A stretch of 64,000 bases of DNA from Escherichia coli (GCF_003019035.1 NZ_CP027447.1); one strand, 5' to 3'; positions 12,044-29,991 are shown, counted from the stretch's first letter. The notes: generated by a model not told the origin, from the letters alone. Numbers and translations are program-made.

Positions 12044-13762
12044 TCAGCCTTTAATCTGTTTCACCAGATATTCGACGATGTCACCAGTCTTAATTAACTG
12101 TTTCTCGCCGTTGCGACGATATTTATATTCGATATCGTCGTTGTCGAGGTTACGGTCGCCCAGCACAATAGTGTGCGGAATACCGATCAGTTCCATATCA
12201 GCAAACATCACGCCCGGACGCTCTTTGCGGTCATCCAGCAGCACTTCGATACCTTGTGCACGCAGTTCGCTGTACAGTTTCTCAGCAAGCTCTTGTACGC
12301 GGAAGGATTTGTGCATGTTCATCGGCAGAATCGCCACCTGGAACGGCGCGATAGCGTCAGGCCATACGATGCCGCGTTCGTCGTAGTTCTGCTCAATCGC
12401 CGCAGCTACCACACGCGTTACCCCGATACCGTAGCAACCCATCGTCAGGATTTGGTTACGGCCATCTTCACCCTGTACGGAGGCTTTCAGTGCTTCGGAG
12501 TACTTGGTACCCAGCTGGAAGATGTGACCAACTTCGATACCACGTTTGATCAGCAGCGTACCCTGGCCATCCGGGCTTGGATCGCCAGCCACCACGTTAC
12601 GGATATCTGCAACTTCCGGGGTAGCGACATCGCGATCCCAGTTGATACCGAAGTAGTGTTTACCATCGATGTTAGCACCAGCAGCGAAATCACTCATCGC
12701 CGCAACGGTACGGTCAATCACCACCGGAATCGGCATGTTTACCGGACCCAGTGAACCCGGACCGGCTTTAACCACAGCACGAATTTCTTCTTCGGTCGCG
12801 AAAGTCAGCGGGCTTGCAACCTGCGGCAGTTTTTCTGCTTTAACTTCGTTCAGCTCGTGATCACCGCGCACCAGCAGCGCAACCAGCGGGAAGCTGCTGC
12901 CTTCAACCGCTTTAACCAGCAGAGTCTTAACCGTTTTCTCAATCGGCAGATTGAACTGTTCAACCAGTTCCGCGATGGTTTTCGCGTTCGGCGTATCAAC
13001 CAGCGTCATTTCCTGGGTAGCAGCAGCGCGCGGTTCTTTCGGCGCGATAGCTTCTGCCAGTTCAATGTTCGCTGCATAGTCAGAGGTGTCGGAGAAGACC
13101 ACATCGTCTTCACCGCTCTGCGCCAGCACCTGGAATTCGTGAGAGGCGCTGCCGCCGATAGAACCGGTGTCGGCTTGTACGGCGCGGAAATCCAGCCCCA
13201 TGCGGCTGAAGATTTTGCTGTAGGCCGCATACATTGCATCGTAGGTTTCCTGCAGGGATTCCTGAGAAGTATGGAAAGAGTAAGCATCTTTCATCAGGAA
13301 TTCGCGGGAACGCATGACGCCGAAACGCGGACGCACTTCGTCGCGGAACTTGGTCTGGATCTGATAGAAGTTCAGCGGCAGCTGTTTGTAAGAGCTAAGC
13401 TCGTTACGAATCAGGTCAGTGATAACTTCTTCATGAGTTGGGCCGAGTACGAACGGACGCTCGCCACGGTCAACAAAACGCAGCAGTTCCGGACCGTACT
13501 GTTCCCAACGACCACTCTCTTGCCACAAATCGGCTGGCTGAACCACCGGCATCGACACCTCGATCGCACCGGCGTTGTTCATCTCTTCACGCACGATGTT
13601 TTCGACTTTTTTCAGAACGCGCACGCCGGTCGGCAGCCAGGTATATAACCCGGAGGCCAGCTTGCGGATCATCCCGGCGCGCAGCATCAGCTGATGGCTG
13701 ATCACCTCGGCGTCGGCAGGTGTCTCCTTGAGAGTGGAGAGCAGGTATTGGCTAGTACGCAT
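12044..13762 (-). CDS. proS: Prolyl-tRNA synthetase
   Basis: ORF 12044-13816; start set at internal Met [20 protein letters not shown]... giving the known 572-aa protein. Confidence 0.95.
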
Positions 13763-13873
13763 GTTGTTACGGTTCCAGTTGGAAGGTAGAACAGGCTCAA
13801 GGCGAGCCTGGGACAAAAAAAAGTGATTTAGTTTACCAGTGCAAAAGAAATGTCAAAAGAGAAGGGCGTGAAT

Positions 13874-14581
13874 TTAACGCGGTTCCAGCGCAAAGACTTC
13901 AAAACCTGCGTCGGTGACGCGCCAGCGAACGTTAAAATCATGTAGCCAGACGGCATAGGTTTTGCCCGTTTCCTCACCTTTACGATAGGCCGGGCGCGGG
14001 TCCTGCGCCAGTACTTCGCGGATAAACAGCGTTAACTGCGGATAACGCTTCTCCAGCGTCAAAAGCTGCTTTTCGACCTCTGCGGTAAAACTCACAGCCA
14101 TCTCTGCCGCTGGCGCACTTTGCGCATAGCTGGCACTGGCATCGGGAAGCGATTCGGCAAAGGGGAGATACGGTTTGATATCCACCACCGGCGTACCATC
14201 GACCAGATCCAGACTGCCGAGCTTCAGAATCACGCTGTCTTTATGGCAAACAACCTCTTTCAGCTCTACCAGCGACATACCAATTGGGTTAGGGCGAAAA
14301 GTGGAGCGCGTAGCGAAAACACCCATTCTGGCATTACCGCCAAGACGAGGCGGACGCACAGTCGGACGCCAGCCGCCTTCCATCGTTTGATGAAAGACGA
14401 AAAGGATCCATAAATGGCTGAATGCTTCCAGGCCGCGAACGGCGTCGGCCTGGTTGTAGGGAGCAATGAGATGCAGTTCGCCGTTGGCGCTTTTTACCAG
14501 ACCTGGCTGGCGCGGAACGGCGAACTTTTCTTTATAGGGCGAGCGAATAACGCCTATTTGCTCGAACTGGAAACTGCTCAT
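13874..14581 (-). CDS. tsaA: tRNA (adenine37-N6)-methyltransferase TsaA (YaeB)
   Basis: 235-aa ORF MSSFQFEQIGVIRSPYKEKFAVPRQPG... Confidence 0.92.
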   Translation of the reverse strand: MSSFQFEQIGVIRSPYKEKFAVPRQPGLVKSANGELHLIAPYNQADAVRGLEAFSHLWILFVFHQTMEGGWRPTVRPPRLGGNARMGVFATRSTFRPNPIGMSLVELKEVVCHKDSVILKLGSLDLVDGTPVVDIKPYLPFAESLPDASASYAQSAPAAEMAVSFTAEVEKQLLTLEKRYPQLTLFIREVLAQDPRPAYRKGEETGKTYAVWLHDFNVRWRVTDAGFEVFALEPR

Positions 14582-14982
14582 TTCGCCGTAATGTTAAGCG
14601 CAGAACCGATACATACAGCCTGACGATAGCAGCCTGGCGTACCGCTGGTGACTTCGCAGCTATGCAGTAATACCGCATTGGCTTTCATTTTCGAGGCGTT
14701 GATTTGCATCCGCTTACGTGCGGTTGGAATGCTCGGCGGAGAGTCCTGATTAGAGGCCTGGCAAGAGTCGCCACTGACTTCGCCGAGATCGCGGAACGGT
14801 TTGCCGACTAATTCTTCTGCATTGGTATAAATTCGGACCGGCGTGGCGCGCGGCGCTTTCGGTTTTGCAGGCTCCGCTTTCGGCTGGGGTGCAGTGCTTT
14901 GAACGGGTTCGACAGGGGATCTGCTTAACATGGAACAGCCGCTTAGCATGAGTGCTACTAAACAGATCGGTAAAGCACGCAT
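14578..14982 (-). CDS. rcsF: Rcs phosphorelay outer-membrane lipoprotein RcsF
   Basis: 134-aa ORF, lipobox LSGCSM, Pro-rich linker; 4-nt overlap with tsaA. Confidence 0.92.
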   Translation of the reverse strand: MRALPICLVALMLSGCSMLSRSPVEPVQSTAPQPKAEPAKPKAPRATPVRIYTNAEELVGKPFRDLGEVSGDSCQASNQDSPPSIPTARKRMQINASKMKANAVLLHSCEVTSGTPGCYRQAVCIGSALNITAK

Positions 14983-15032
14983 AGTATTTCCTCAATGTAT
15001 GATCAAAACGTCAATATTGAATCAGGCGCTTG

Positions 15033-15063
15033 TAAAAATGACAAGACGGGCAAGCGCCCGTCC
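15033..15063 (-). terminator. Candidate terminator downstream of metQ
   Basis: GACGGGC-AAGC-GCCCGTC hairpin with T-run on the minus strand. Confidence 0.45.
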
Positions 15064-15099
15064 TGAATGATATTACAAATTGTGGAAACAGCCTAAAAA

Positions 15100-15915
15100 T
15101 TACCAGCCTTTAACAGCGCCGCCGTTAAACACTTTGTTTGCTGCTTCGTAAACTTCATCAGACTGATAAGCCTGGACGAATTTCTTCACGTTCTCGGCGT
15201 CTTTGTTATCTTCACGCGTTACGATCAGGTTTACGTACGGGGAGTCTTTATCTTCGACAAAGATACCGTCTTTCGCTGGAGTCAGGCCAATCTGGCTGGC
15301 ATAGGTGGTATTGATAACTGCCAGAGCGATTTGCGCGTCGTCCAGAGATCGAGGCAGCTGCGGTGCTTCCAGCTCAACAATTTTCAGATTTTTTGGGTTC
15401 TCAACAACATCAAGAACGGTCGGCAGCAGGCCAACGCCATCTTTCAGTTTGATCAAGCCCACTTTTTGCAGCAGCAGCAGTGAACGACCAAGATTAGTTG
15501 GATCGTTTGGCACGGCAACCTGCGAACCATCCTGCAGTTCATCCAGTGATTTGATTTTCTTGGAGTAACCAGCAATCGGATAAACAAAAGTGTTGCCTAC
15601 TGCGACCAGTTTGTAGCCACGATCTTTCAGTTGCTGATCAAGGTACGGTTTATGCTGGAAGGCGTTGGCGTCGATATCGCCTTTGCTCAATGCTTCGTTT
15701 GGCAGAACATAGTCGTTGAAGGTTACCAGCTCAACGTCCAGGCCATATTTGTCTTTCGCAACTTTCTGCGCGACTTCTGCTACCTGCTGTTCGGCACCAA
15801 CAATCACGCCGACTTTAATGTGGTTTGGATCTTTTTCATCCTGACCGCAGCCTACCAGTGCCAGTGATCCAATCAGGGCTCCCACTGCCGCAAAGGTTTT
15901 GAATTTGAACGCCAT
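15100..15915 (-). CDS. metQ: D-methionine ABC transporter substrate-binding lipoprotein
   Basis: 271-aa ORF, lipobox LVGCGQ, NlpA family. Confidence 0.95.
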   Translation of the reverse strand: MAFKFKTFAAVGALIGSLALVGCGQDEKDPNHIKVGVIVGAEQQVAEVAQKVAKDKYGLDVELVTFNDYVLPNEALSKGDIDANAFQHKPYLDQQLKDRGYKLVAVGNTFVYPIAGYSKKIKSLDELQDGSQVAVPNDPTNLGRSLLLLQKVGLIKLKDGVGLLPTVLDVVENPKNLKIVELEAPQLPRSLDDAQIALAVINTTYASQIGLTPAKDGIFVEDKDSPYVNLIVTREDNKDAENVKKFVQAYQSDEVYEAANKVFNGGAVKGW

Positions 15916-15954
15916 ACCTTATTCCTTCTTCAATTATTTATGTTGTGTTGAACG

Positions 15955-16608
15955 TTACTTGCGAGTGACAGCCCGGACGATGCGGTCGCCTGCGAACTGA
16001 ATTAAATAAACCAGAATGACTAGCAATACCAGTACCGTATTCATCACCGTCGCGTTATAGCCGATGTAGCCATACTGATAGCCAATCTGACCTAAACCAC
16101 CGGCACCGACTGCACCACCCATCGCGGAATAACCGACCAGGGTAATCAGGGTGATAGTTGCCGCATTCACCAGACCCGGCAGTGCTTCCGGTAACAGCAC
16201 CTTACGGACGATCTGCATCGGCGTGGCACCCATTGCGCGGGAAGCTTCAATTAACCCGGTTGGGATCTCCAGCAGAGCGTTCTCGACCATACGGGCAATA
16301 AACGGTGCTGCACCAACGGTTAACGGAACAATCGCTGCCTGCAAACCAATCGATGTACCGACAATAACGCGGGTAAACGGAATCATCCATACCAGCAAGA
16401 TAATGAACGGGATGGAACGGAAAATGTTCACAATCGCAGAAACGGTACGATACAGCTTCGCGTTAGCAATAATTTGCCCCGGGCGCGTAACATAAAGCAG
16501 GACGCCGACCGGCAGACCAATCACAAAGCCAAAAAATCCGGATACGAAGGTCATTGCCAGCGTTTCCCATACGCCACGAACCAGCAACCACATCATCGGC
16601 TCAGACAT
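15955..16608 (-). CDS. metI: D-methionine ABC transporter permease
   Basis: 217-aa hydrophobic ORF between metN and metQ. Confidence 0.95.
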
Positions 16609-17632
16609 AACCCAGTACCTCTACTTTTACATGGTGTTCCTGCAGCCAGGCAATGGCGGCTTGCGTATCTTGTTGTGTGCCGTGCATTTCAGTCAGCATG
16701 ATGCCGAACTTAACGCCACCGGCGTAATCCATCTGCGCGCTAATAATGTTGTTGTTGACGTTGAAACGACGCGCGGTTTCAGAAAGCAGCGGGGCATCGA
16801 CCGATTGACCGGTAAACTCCAGGCGCAACATCGGCACGCAGTCAGTAAATGGCTCCGCTTGCAGACGTTCCTGGTAATCTTCCGGGATATCCAGATGCAG
16901 GGTCGACTGAATAAACTTCTGCGCCAGCGGCGTTTTCGGATGCGAGAACACTTCACTTACCGTGTCCTGCTCGATCAGTTCGCCATTGCTGATGACCGCC
17001 ACGCAATCACAAATACGCTTCACAACGTCCATTTCGTGGGTGATCAACAGAATCGTCAAACCCAGACGGCGGTTAATGTCTTTCAGCAGTTCGAGAATAG
17101 AACGTGTCGTTGCCGGGTCCAGCGCGCTGGTGGCTTCATCACACAGCAATACTTTGGGATTGCTGGCTAATGCACGGGCAATCGCCACACGTTGTTTCTG
17201 CCCACCGGAAAGATTCGACGGGTAGCTATCATGCTTATCGCCAAGACCAACCAATGACAGCAATTCCGTCACGCGACGTTTGATCTCGTCTTTCGGTGTG
17301 TTGTCCAGCTCCAGCGGCAGAGCCACGTTGCCAAAAACAGTACGCGAAGAGAGCAGGTTAAAATGCTGGAAAATCATACCAATCTGGCGGCGAGCTTTGG
17401 TCAACTCGGATTCTGACAGCGTGGTCAGTTCCTGGCCATCGACCAGCACGCTACCCTCGGTTGGGCGCTCCAGCAGGTTTACACAACGTATAAGCGTACT
17501 CTTACCCGCGCCTGAGGCACCGATAACGCCATAAATTTGTCCAGCTGGCACATGCAGGCTGACGTTGTTCAACGCCTGGATGGTGCGGGTGCCCTGGTGG
17601 AACACTTTGGTGATATTCGAAAGTTTTATCAT
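16601..17632 (-). CDS. metN: D-methionine ABC transporter ATP-binding protein
   Basis: 343-aa ORF with Walker [10 protein letters not shown] and ABC signature LSGGQKQR. Confidence 0.95.
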
Positions 17633-17722
17633 TGATTATTTATTATCGTCATTAAGTTAGTCGTGGCATCTCGAATGCCTGAAACGGGCAACGCCGTCAA
17701 TGAAATGGATGTTAAGGCATCC

Positions 17723-17730
17723 AGACGTCT
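17723..17730. promoter_or_regulatory. Candidate MetJ box upstream of metN
   Basis: Exact AGACGTCT palindrome in the metN-gmhB intergenic region; only one clean box seen. Confidence 0.35.
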
Positions 17731-17819
17731 AAATCAATCAGGTTTATGCGAAGAGCACTTTCTTGCAGGTCGAAACATGCGATACTAGCGTCACATGCCT
17801 TATTAAGGAGCTATAAAAG

Positions 17820-18395
17820 GTGGCAAAGAGCGTACCCGCAATTTTTCTTGACCGTGATGGCACCATTAATGTCGATCACGGCTATGTCCATGAGATCGAC
17901 AACTTTGAATTTATCGACGGTGTTATTGACGCCATGCGCGAGCTAAAAAAAATGGGCTTTGCGCTGGTGGTAGTAACCAACCAGTCTGGCATTGCTCGCG
18001 GTAAATTTACCGAAGCACAGTTTGAAACGCTGACCGAGTGGATGGACTGGTCGCTGGCGGACCGAGATGTCGATCTGGATGGTATCTATTATTGCCCGCA
18101 TCATCCGCAGGGTAGTGTTGAAGAGTTTCGCCAGGTCTGCGACTGCCGTAAACCACATCCGGGGATGCTTTTGTCAGCACGCGATTATTTGCATATTGAT
18201 ATGGCCGCTTCTTATATGGTGGGCGATAAATTAGAAGATATGCAGGCAGCGGCTGCGGCGAACGTGGGAACAAAAGTGCTGGTGCGTACGGGTAAACCTA
18301 TTACGCCTGAAGCAGAAAACGCGGCAGATTGGGTGTTAAATAGCCTGGCAGACCTGCCGCAAGCGATAAAAAAGCAGCAAAAACCGGCGCAATGA
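17820..18395 (+). CDS. gmhB: D-glycero-beta-D-manno-heptose-1,7-bisphosphate 7-phosphatase
   Basis: 191-aa ORF with GTG start, HAD motif FLDRDGTIN. Confidence 0.93.
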   Translation: MAKSVPAIFLDRDGTINVDHGYVHEIDNFEFIDGVIDAMRELKKMGFALVVVTNQSGIARGKFTEAQFETLTEWMDWSLADRDVDLDGIYYCPHHPQGSVEEFRQVCDCRKPHPGMLLSARDYLHIDMAASYMVGDKLEDMQAAAAANVGTKVLVRTGKPITPEAENAADWVLNSLADLPQAIKKQQKPAQ

Positions 18396-18435
18396 TTAAA
18401 AGATGAGCGGTTGAAATAAAAATGCATTTTTCCGC

Positions 18436-18574
18436 TTGTCTTCCTGAGCCGACTCCCTATAATGCGCCTCCATCGACACGGCGGATGTGAATCACTTCAC
18501 ACAAACAGCCGGTTCGGTTGAAGAGAAAAAATCCTGAAATTCAGGGTTGACTCTGAAAGAGGAACGCGTAATAT
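18436..18574 (+). promoter_or_regulatory. Tandem rRNA operon promoters P1 and P2
   Basis: P1 TTGTCT-16nt-TATAAT (18436-18463) with GC-rich discriminator; P2 TTGACT-16nt-TAATAT (18547-18574); AT-rich UP-like region upstream. Confidence 0.7.
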
Positions 18575-18614
18575 ACGCCACCTCGCGACAGTGAGCTGAA
18601 AGCTGCGTCGCAAC

Positions 18615-18627
18615 TGCTCTTTAACAA
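18615..18627 (+). promoter_or_regulatory. rRNA antitermination boxA
   Basis: TGCTCTTTAACAA matches the boxA consensus in the 16S leader. Confidence 0.75.
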
Positions 18628-18758
18628 TTTATCAGACAATCTGTGTGGGCACTCGAAGATACGGATTCTTAACGTCGCAAGACGAAAAATGAATACCAAG
18701 TCTCAAGAGTGAACACGTAATTCATTACGAAGTTTAATTCTTTGAGCATCAAACTTTT

Positions 18759-20300
<1,542 letters not shown>

Positions 20301-20368
20301 CCTTAAAGAAGCGTACTTTGCAGTGCTCACACAGATTGTCTGATGAAAATGAGCAGTAAAACCTCTAC

Positions 20369-20445
<77 letters not shown>

Positions 20446-20487
20446 AATTTGCACCGCAAATTTGAAGAGGTTTTAACTACATGTTAT

Positions 20488-20563
20488 GGGGCTATAGCTC
20501 AGCTGGGAGAGCGCCTGCTTTGCACGCAGGAGGTCTGCGGTTCGATCCCGCATAGCTCCACCA
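20488..20563 (+). tRNA. alaV: tRNA-Ala (UGC) in 16S-23S spacer
   Basis: GGGGCTATAGCTCAGCTGGGAGAGCGCCTGCTTTGCACGCAGGAGG...CTCCACCA, 76 nt. Confidence 0.95.
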
Positions 20564-20746
20564 TCTCTGTAGTGATTAAATAAAAAATACTTCAGAGTGT
20601 ACCTGAAAAGGTTCACTGCGAAGTTTTGCTCTTTAAAAATCTGGATCAAGCTGAAAATTGAAACACTGAACAACGAAAGTTGTTCGTGAGTCTCTCAAAT
20701 TTTCGCAACACGATGATGAATCGCAAGAAACATCTTCGGGTTGTGA

Positions 20747-23650
<2,904 letters not shown>

Positions 23651-23741
23651 ACAACGCCGAAGGTGTTTTGGCGGATGAGAGAAGATTTTCAGCCTGATAC
23701 AGATTAAATCAGAACGCAGAAGCGGTCTGATAAACAGAATT

Positions 23742-23861
23742 TGCCTGGCGGCCTTAGCGCGGTGGTCCCACCTGACCCCATGCCGAACTCAGAAGTGAAA
23801 CGCCGTAGCGCCGATGGTAGTGTGGGGTCTCCCCATGCGAGAGTAGGGAACTGCCAGGCAT
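23742..23861 (+). rRNA. rrfH: 5S ribosomal RNA
   Basis: TGCCTGGCGGCCTTAGCGCGGTGGTCCCACCTGACCCCATGCCGAACTCAG...CTGCCAGGCAT, 120 nt. Confidence 0.93.
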
Positions 23862-23913
23862 CAAATTTAGCAGTAAGCCGGTCATAAAACCGGTGGTTGT
23901 AAAAGAATTCGGT

Positions 23914-23990
23914 GGAGCGGTAGTTCAGTCGGTTAGAATACCTGCCTGTCACGCAGGGGGTCGCGGGTTCGAGTCCCGTCCGTTCCGCCA
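23914..23990 (+). tRNA. aspU: tRNA-Asp (GUC) distal to 5S
   Basis: GGAGCGGTAGTTCAGTCGGTTAGAATACCTGCCTGTCACGCAGGGGGTCGCGGGTTCGAGTCCCGTCCGTTCCGCCA, 77 nt. Confidence 0.95.
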
Positions 23991-24001
23991 CTTATTAAGA
24001 A

Positions 24002-24030
24002 GCCTCGAGTTAACGCTCGAGGTTTTTTTT
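24002..24030 (+). terminator. rRNA operon terminator
   Basis: GCCTCGAG-TTAAC-GCTCGAGG hairpin followed by TTTTTTTT. Confidence 0.75.
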
Positions 24031-24152
24031 CGTCTATATTTCTATTATTGCTTAAATCGCAAAAATCCTCTGCGTTTTACGCCCTTTTTCCGCAACATTC
24101 TAAAGCCCATAATCACTTCAGTTAACGAAAATAGCATTAAAAGAGGCATATT

Positions 24153-24956
24153 ATGGCTACCCCTGCATTTGGTTTAGGTACTTTCCGTCTGAAAGACGAC
24201 GTTGTTATTTCATCTGTGAAAACGGCGCTAGAACTTGGTTATCGCGCAATTGATACCGCACAAATCTATGATAACGAAGCCGCAGTAGGTCAGGCGATTG
24301 CAGAAAGTGGCGTGCCGCGTGATGAACTCTACATCACCACGAAAATCTGGATTGAAAATCTCAACAAAGCTAAATTGATCCCGAGTCTGAAAGAGAGCCT
24401 GCAAAAATTGCGTACCGATTATGTTGATCTGACGCTAATCCACTGGCCGTCACCAAACGATGAAGTCTCTGTTGAAGAGTTTATGCAGGCGCTGCTGGAA
24501 GCCAAAAAAGAAGGGTTGACGCGTGAGATCGGTATTTCCAACTTCACGATCCCATTGATGGAAAAGGCGATTGCTGCTGTTGGCGCTGAAAACATCGCTA
24601 CCAACCAGATTGAACTCTCTCCTTATCTGCAAAACCGTAAAGTGGTTGCCTGGGCTAAACAGCACGGTATTCATATCACTTCCTATATGACGCTGGCTTA
24701 TGGTAAGGCACTGAAAGATGAGGTTATTGCTCGTATTGCAGCTAAACACAATGCGACTCCGGCACAAGTGATTCTGGCGTGGGCTATGGGGGAAGGTTAC
24801 TCAGTAATTCCTTCTTCTACTAAACGTAAAAACCTGGAAAGTAATCTTAAGGCACAAAATTTACAGCTTGATGCCGAAGATAAAAAAGCGATCGCCGCAC
24901 TGGATTGCAACGACCGCCTGGTTAGCCCGGAAGGTCTGGCTCCTGAATGGGATTAA
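24153..24956 (+). CDS. dkgB: 2,5-diketo-D-gluconate reductase B (aldo-keto reductase)
   Basis: 267-aa [45 protein letters not shown]... (AKR family). Confidence 0.93.
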   Translation: MATPAFGLGTFRLKDDVVISSVKTALELGYRAIDTAQIYDNEAAVGQAIAESGVPRDELYITTKIWIENLNKAKLIPSLKESLQKLRTDYVDLTLIHWPSPNDEVSVEEFMQALLEAKKEGLTREIGISNFTIPLMEKAIAAVGAENIATNQIELSPYLQNRKVVAWAKQHGIHITSYMTLAYGKALKDEVIARIAAKHNATPAQVILAWAMGEGYSVIPSSTKRKNLESNLKAQNLQLDAEDKKAIAALDCNDRLVSPEGLAPEWD

Positions 24957-25867
24957 GCCTCTCTGACAGCTCCTCCGGGAGCTGTTTTTACATGCTCGCT
25001 AAGGAAATCGATAAAAGCCCGGATGCGCGTACTTACCGCACGGTCGCTGTAATAGACGGCACTGAATGGCATTTCCACTGGCAACACTTTATCTGCCATT
25101 AACTCCACCAATTCTCCGCGAGCGATTTCTTTGTCGATCATGTAGTCGGACAAACACGCAATCCCGTTGCCACTCAGGCAAAGCTGTTTCAGTGTTTCCC
25201 CACTATTGGATGACAAACCGTACTTCACCTCATGTAATTGTCCATCACTACAGGCTATCGGCCAGGTATTGAGGGAAGCGGGTTCAGTGAATCCCAGGCA
25301 AATATGTTGCTTTAAATCGTCGATCGTTTCTGGCTTCCCGTAGCGGGAAATATAATCGGGGGAGGCGATAATTTTTCGATAACTGTTAAATAACGGCCTG
25401 GCACGTAAGCTGGAATCCGTTAACGTACCGGCGCGTATCGCGACATCCACTTTTCTTTCGATCAAATTAATAATCGTTTCGGAGGAGACTAGTGATAAAG
25501 TGACTTCCGGATAGCGTTCACGGAAAGGCTTAATCAACGGCATCAGAAAGTGCAGCACCACTGGAGTTGCGGCATCGATGCGCAACAGTCCACGCGGTGT
25601 ATTACGCGTCTCCATAATTTCTGATTCTGCCGCTGCCATCTCCTGCAAAATTGACTGTACGCGACGAAAATAACGCTCGCCTTCTTCCGTCAGGCTAAGT
25701 TGCCGCGTGGTCCGATTAAGCAGGCTAACGCCAAGTTTCATCTCCAGCTTTTTCACCGCCCGGCTTACCGCTGAGTTTGCTTGCCCTAATTGTTCCGCTG
25801 CCCGGCTAAAGCTGCCGCTTTCGACGACCGAAACAAAAATGGCGAGTTCTTCCGACGTGGCTTTCAT
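24953..25867 (-). CDS. yafC: LysR-family transcriptional regulator
   Basis: 304-aa ORF with N-terminal HTH ([23 protein letters not shown]); convergent 4-nt overlap with dkgB. Confidence 0.9.
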   Translation of the reverse strand: MKATSEELAIFVSVVESGSFSRAAEQLGQANSAVSRAVKKLEMKLGVSLLNRTTRQLSLTEEGERYFRRVQSILQEMAAAESEIMETRNTPRGLLRIDAATPVVLHFLMPLIKPFRERYPEVTLSLVSSETIINLIERKVDVAIRAGTLTDSSLRARPLFNSYRKIIASPDYISRYGKPETIDDLKQHICLGFTEPASLNTWPIACSDGQLHEVKYGLSSNSGETLKQLCLSGNGIACLSDYMIDKEIARGELVELMADKVLPVEMPFSAVYYSDRAVSTRIRAFIDFLSEHVKTAPGGAVREA

Positions 25868-26056
25868 TTTTGCTCCTGTTGCAAAATAGATGAGATATTT
25901 TGAATTTATTTGTCATTAAACCATCAGGATGCGTGATATGTCATCCGATTTAATGTTCTCAATAATGAGCAAATTTCTGACCGGTGTAAGCACTTGCTTA
26001 CATAACAATATACAATTGCTCGTTGAAAGAGTGAGCTAAAATCCCTATAACAGTAG

Positions 26057-26908
<852 letters not shown>

Positions 26909-26928
26909 GGTATGTCAGGTCTGCCACA

Positions 26929-26960
26929 GGGCAGACCAACGTTTGGCGCTGCCCTTTTTA
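26929..26960 (+). terminator. Candidate terminator after yafD
   Basis: GGGCAG...CTGCCC hairpin followed by TTTTT. Confidence 0.4.
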
Positions 26961-26984
26961 ATCAAACAATAAAAGGACAGCGCA

Positions 26985-27755
26985 ATGACAACACAATCCC
27001 ACCATGACCACGTAGAAAAGCAGTTTAGCTCGCAGGCCAGTGAGTATTTAACCAGTACCGTACATGCATCCGGGCGAGATTTACAGCGCCTGGCGGTGCG
27101 TCTGGCTGATTATCCTGATGCAAGTGTACTTGATATGGGCAGCGGAGCAGGGCATGCCAGCTTTGTCGCTGCGCAGAACGTGAGCGCGGTGGTGGCGTAT
27201 GACTTATCTGCCCAAATGCTGGATGTCGTGGCACAAGCTGCCGAAGCCCGGCACCTGAAAAATATCGCCACCCGCCAGGGTTATGCCGAAAGTCTGCCAT
27301 TTGCCGATAACGCATTTGATATTGTTATCAGCCGTTATTCTGCCCATCACTGGCATGATGTTGGTGCAGCACTGCGTGAAGTGAATCGGGTATTGAAACC
27401 CGGCGGTAGGCTGATTGTGATGGACGTAATGTCTCCGGGTCACCCAGTGCGCGACGTCTGGTTACAGACGGTAGAAGCATTACGCGATACCTCTCACGTA
27501 CGAAACTACGCCAGCGGTGAGTGGTTGACGTTAATCAATGAAGCCAATCTGATAGTTGATAATTTAATTACAGATAAGTTACCGCTGGAATTTTCTTCAT
27601 GGGTCGCGAGAATGCGTACGCCAGAAGCGTTAGTAGACGCTATTCGCATTTACCAACAGAGCGCATCGACAGAGGTGAGAACGTATTTTGCCTTGCAGAA
27701 TGACGGCTCTTTCACCAGTGATATCATCATGGTAGAAGCACATAAAGCGGCATAA
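26985..27755 (+). CDS. yafE: SAM-dependent methyltransferase
   Basis: 256-aa ORF with methyltransferase motif I (VLDMGSGAGHAS). Confidence 0.88.
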   Translation: MTTQSHHDHVEKQFSSQASEYLTSTVHASGRDLQRLAVRLADYPDASVLDMGSGAGHASFVAAQNVSAVVAYDLSAQMLDVVAQAAEARHLKNIATRQGYAESLPFADNAFDIVISRYSAHHWHDVGAALREVNRVLKPGGRLIVMDVMSPGHPVRDVWLQTVEALRDTSHVRNYASGEWLTLINEANLIVDNLITDKLPLEFSSWVARMRTPEALVDAIRIYQQSASTEVRTYFALQNDGSFTSDIIMVEAHKAA

Positions 27756-27757
27756 AT

Positions 27758-27790
27758 AAAAAAGGCACCGGGGGAATCGGTGCCTTTTGA
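27758..27790. terminator. Bidirectional terminator between yafE and mltD
   Basis: AAAAAAGGCACCG-GGGGAAT-CGGTGCCTTTT hairpin flanked by A-run and T-run. Confidence 0.6.
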
Positions 27791-27802
27791 TTATCTGATT
27801 TG

Positions 27803-29161
27803 TCAGGAATCTGGCATGTTGTTGTTTTTCACAAACAACGTCAGCTTATCGCCTGGTTGCAGATTCGCAGTGTCGCTGTTCCAGCGCATCACATCTTTGA
27901 TGTTCACGCCGTGGCGTTTAGCAATGCTTGAAAGCGAATCGCCTTTGCGCACACGATACGTAATGCTATCGCTGTTGTTTGCCAGTCGCTGTGCGCTACT
28001 ACCTGCGCCAATCGTCAAACTTTGGCCTGGCTTCAGCTTAGATCCGCGCAGTTTGTTCCACTGCTGCAAATCTTTGGTGCTTACGCCGAGACGTGAAGCG
28101 ATACTTGAAAGCGTGTCGCCAGAGCGTACGGTGTAAACACGGCTGTTAAGCGGCGTATTGTCGGCAACCAGCGTCGACTGTACAGCAGCAATTTCGCCTG
28201 AAGCCAGAGATTCACGCAGTTGATCTGCATGCTTCTTTGGCACCATCACGTACTGCGGACCACTCGCGCCCAGCGTGGAGCCTTTTACGCCTGCGTTGAA
28301 TGTCTTCAGCTTGCTGACGGAAATCCCCGCCATATCTGCAACCTTTGCCATTTCAACCGGGCTGCTCAGGTGCACACGCGCCAGAGCACGGCTTTCATCG
28401 GTCGTTGGCAGACGTACGCCATAACGCTTGCTGTTTTTGAGAATATCACTCAATGCCAGCATCTTAGGCACGTACTGCTTCGTTTCCTGCGGCAACGGTA
28501 ACGACCAGAAGTCCGTGGATTTCCCTCGCGCTTTGTTCGTTTTAATTGCCTTCATGACCCGACCTTCGCCGCTGTTATAAGCCGCTACGGTCAGAAGCCA
28601 GTCGCCGTCAAACATCTTGTTCAGACGCTGCATCATATTCAGCGCGGCAGTTGTTGAAGCAACAACATCGCGACGCGCGTCATAATTGCGGGTCTGTTTC
28701 AAACCATAATTGCGCCCCGTGCTCGGAATGATCTGCCAGATGCCTGCGGCATTGGCGCCAGACGTTGCGTGAGGATCAAAAGCGCTCTCCACTATGGGTA
28801 GTAGTACCAGTTCCATAGGCATGTTACGTTTTTTAACTTGCCCGGCTATCCAGTACATATACGGCTCTGCCCGTAAAGTTACATCGTGGAGATAGCTCTT
28901 ATTGCGTAAATATTTCTGTTTCTGTTCGCGAATCCGGTCGTTTTCCGGAATTCCCATCTTTAGCTCGTCGCCAATGAAAGCCCACAAGTCACCATCTGGC
29001 GCGATAGACGTCCCATCGTCCATCCATCGTGCCTGACTTGTAAACTTTGCTGCTTCCCCTTGACCAGCTGCAGAAAGGCTCTGTGCGTGCTGTTGAACGT
29101 TGCCGGTGCTCTGGCAACCCACGAGCAGGACAGAGGCGAGTAATATCGCTTTTGCCTTCAT
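27803..29161 (-). CDS. mltD: Membrane-bound lytic murein transglycosylase D
   Basis: 452-aa ORF, lipobox LLVGCQS, SLT domain and C-terminal LysM repeats. Confidence 0.93.
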   Translation of the reverse strand: MKAKAILLASVLLVGCQSTGNVQQHAQSLSAAGQGEAAKFTSQARWMDDGTSIAPDGDLWAFIGDELKMGIPENDRIREQKQKYLRNKSYLHDVTLRAEPYMYWIAGQVKKRNMPMELVLLPIVESAFDPHATSGANAAGIWQIIPSTGRNYGLKQTRNYDARRDVVASTTAALNMMQRLNKMFDGDWLLTVAAYNSGEGRVMKAIKTNKARGKSTDFWSLPLPQETKQYVPKMLALSDILKNSKRYGVRLPTTDESRALARVHLSSPVEMAKVADMAGISVSKLKTFNAGVKGSTLGASGPQYVMVPKKHADQLRESLASGEIAAVQSTLVADNTPLNSRVYTVRSGDTLSSIASRLGVSTKDLQQWNKLRGSKLKPGQSLTIGAGSSAQRLANNSDSITYRVRKGDSLSSIAKRHGVNIKDVMRWNSDTANLQPGDKLTLFVKNNNMPDS

Positions 29162-29232
29162 GTGTGTGTCAATAGTTGCTTAAAAGACGACCGATCATAA
29201 CGGCGAACGGAGCCGATGACAAGAAAGTTTTA

Positions 29233-29991
<759 letters not shown>

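Noticed and set aside
12857-13648. 263-aa plus-strand ORF opposite proS
   Set aside because: Antisense to proS with Arg/Phe-rich artefactual composition.
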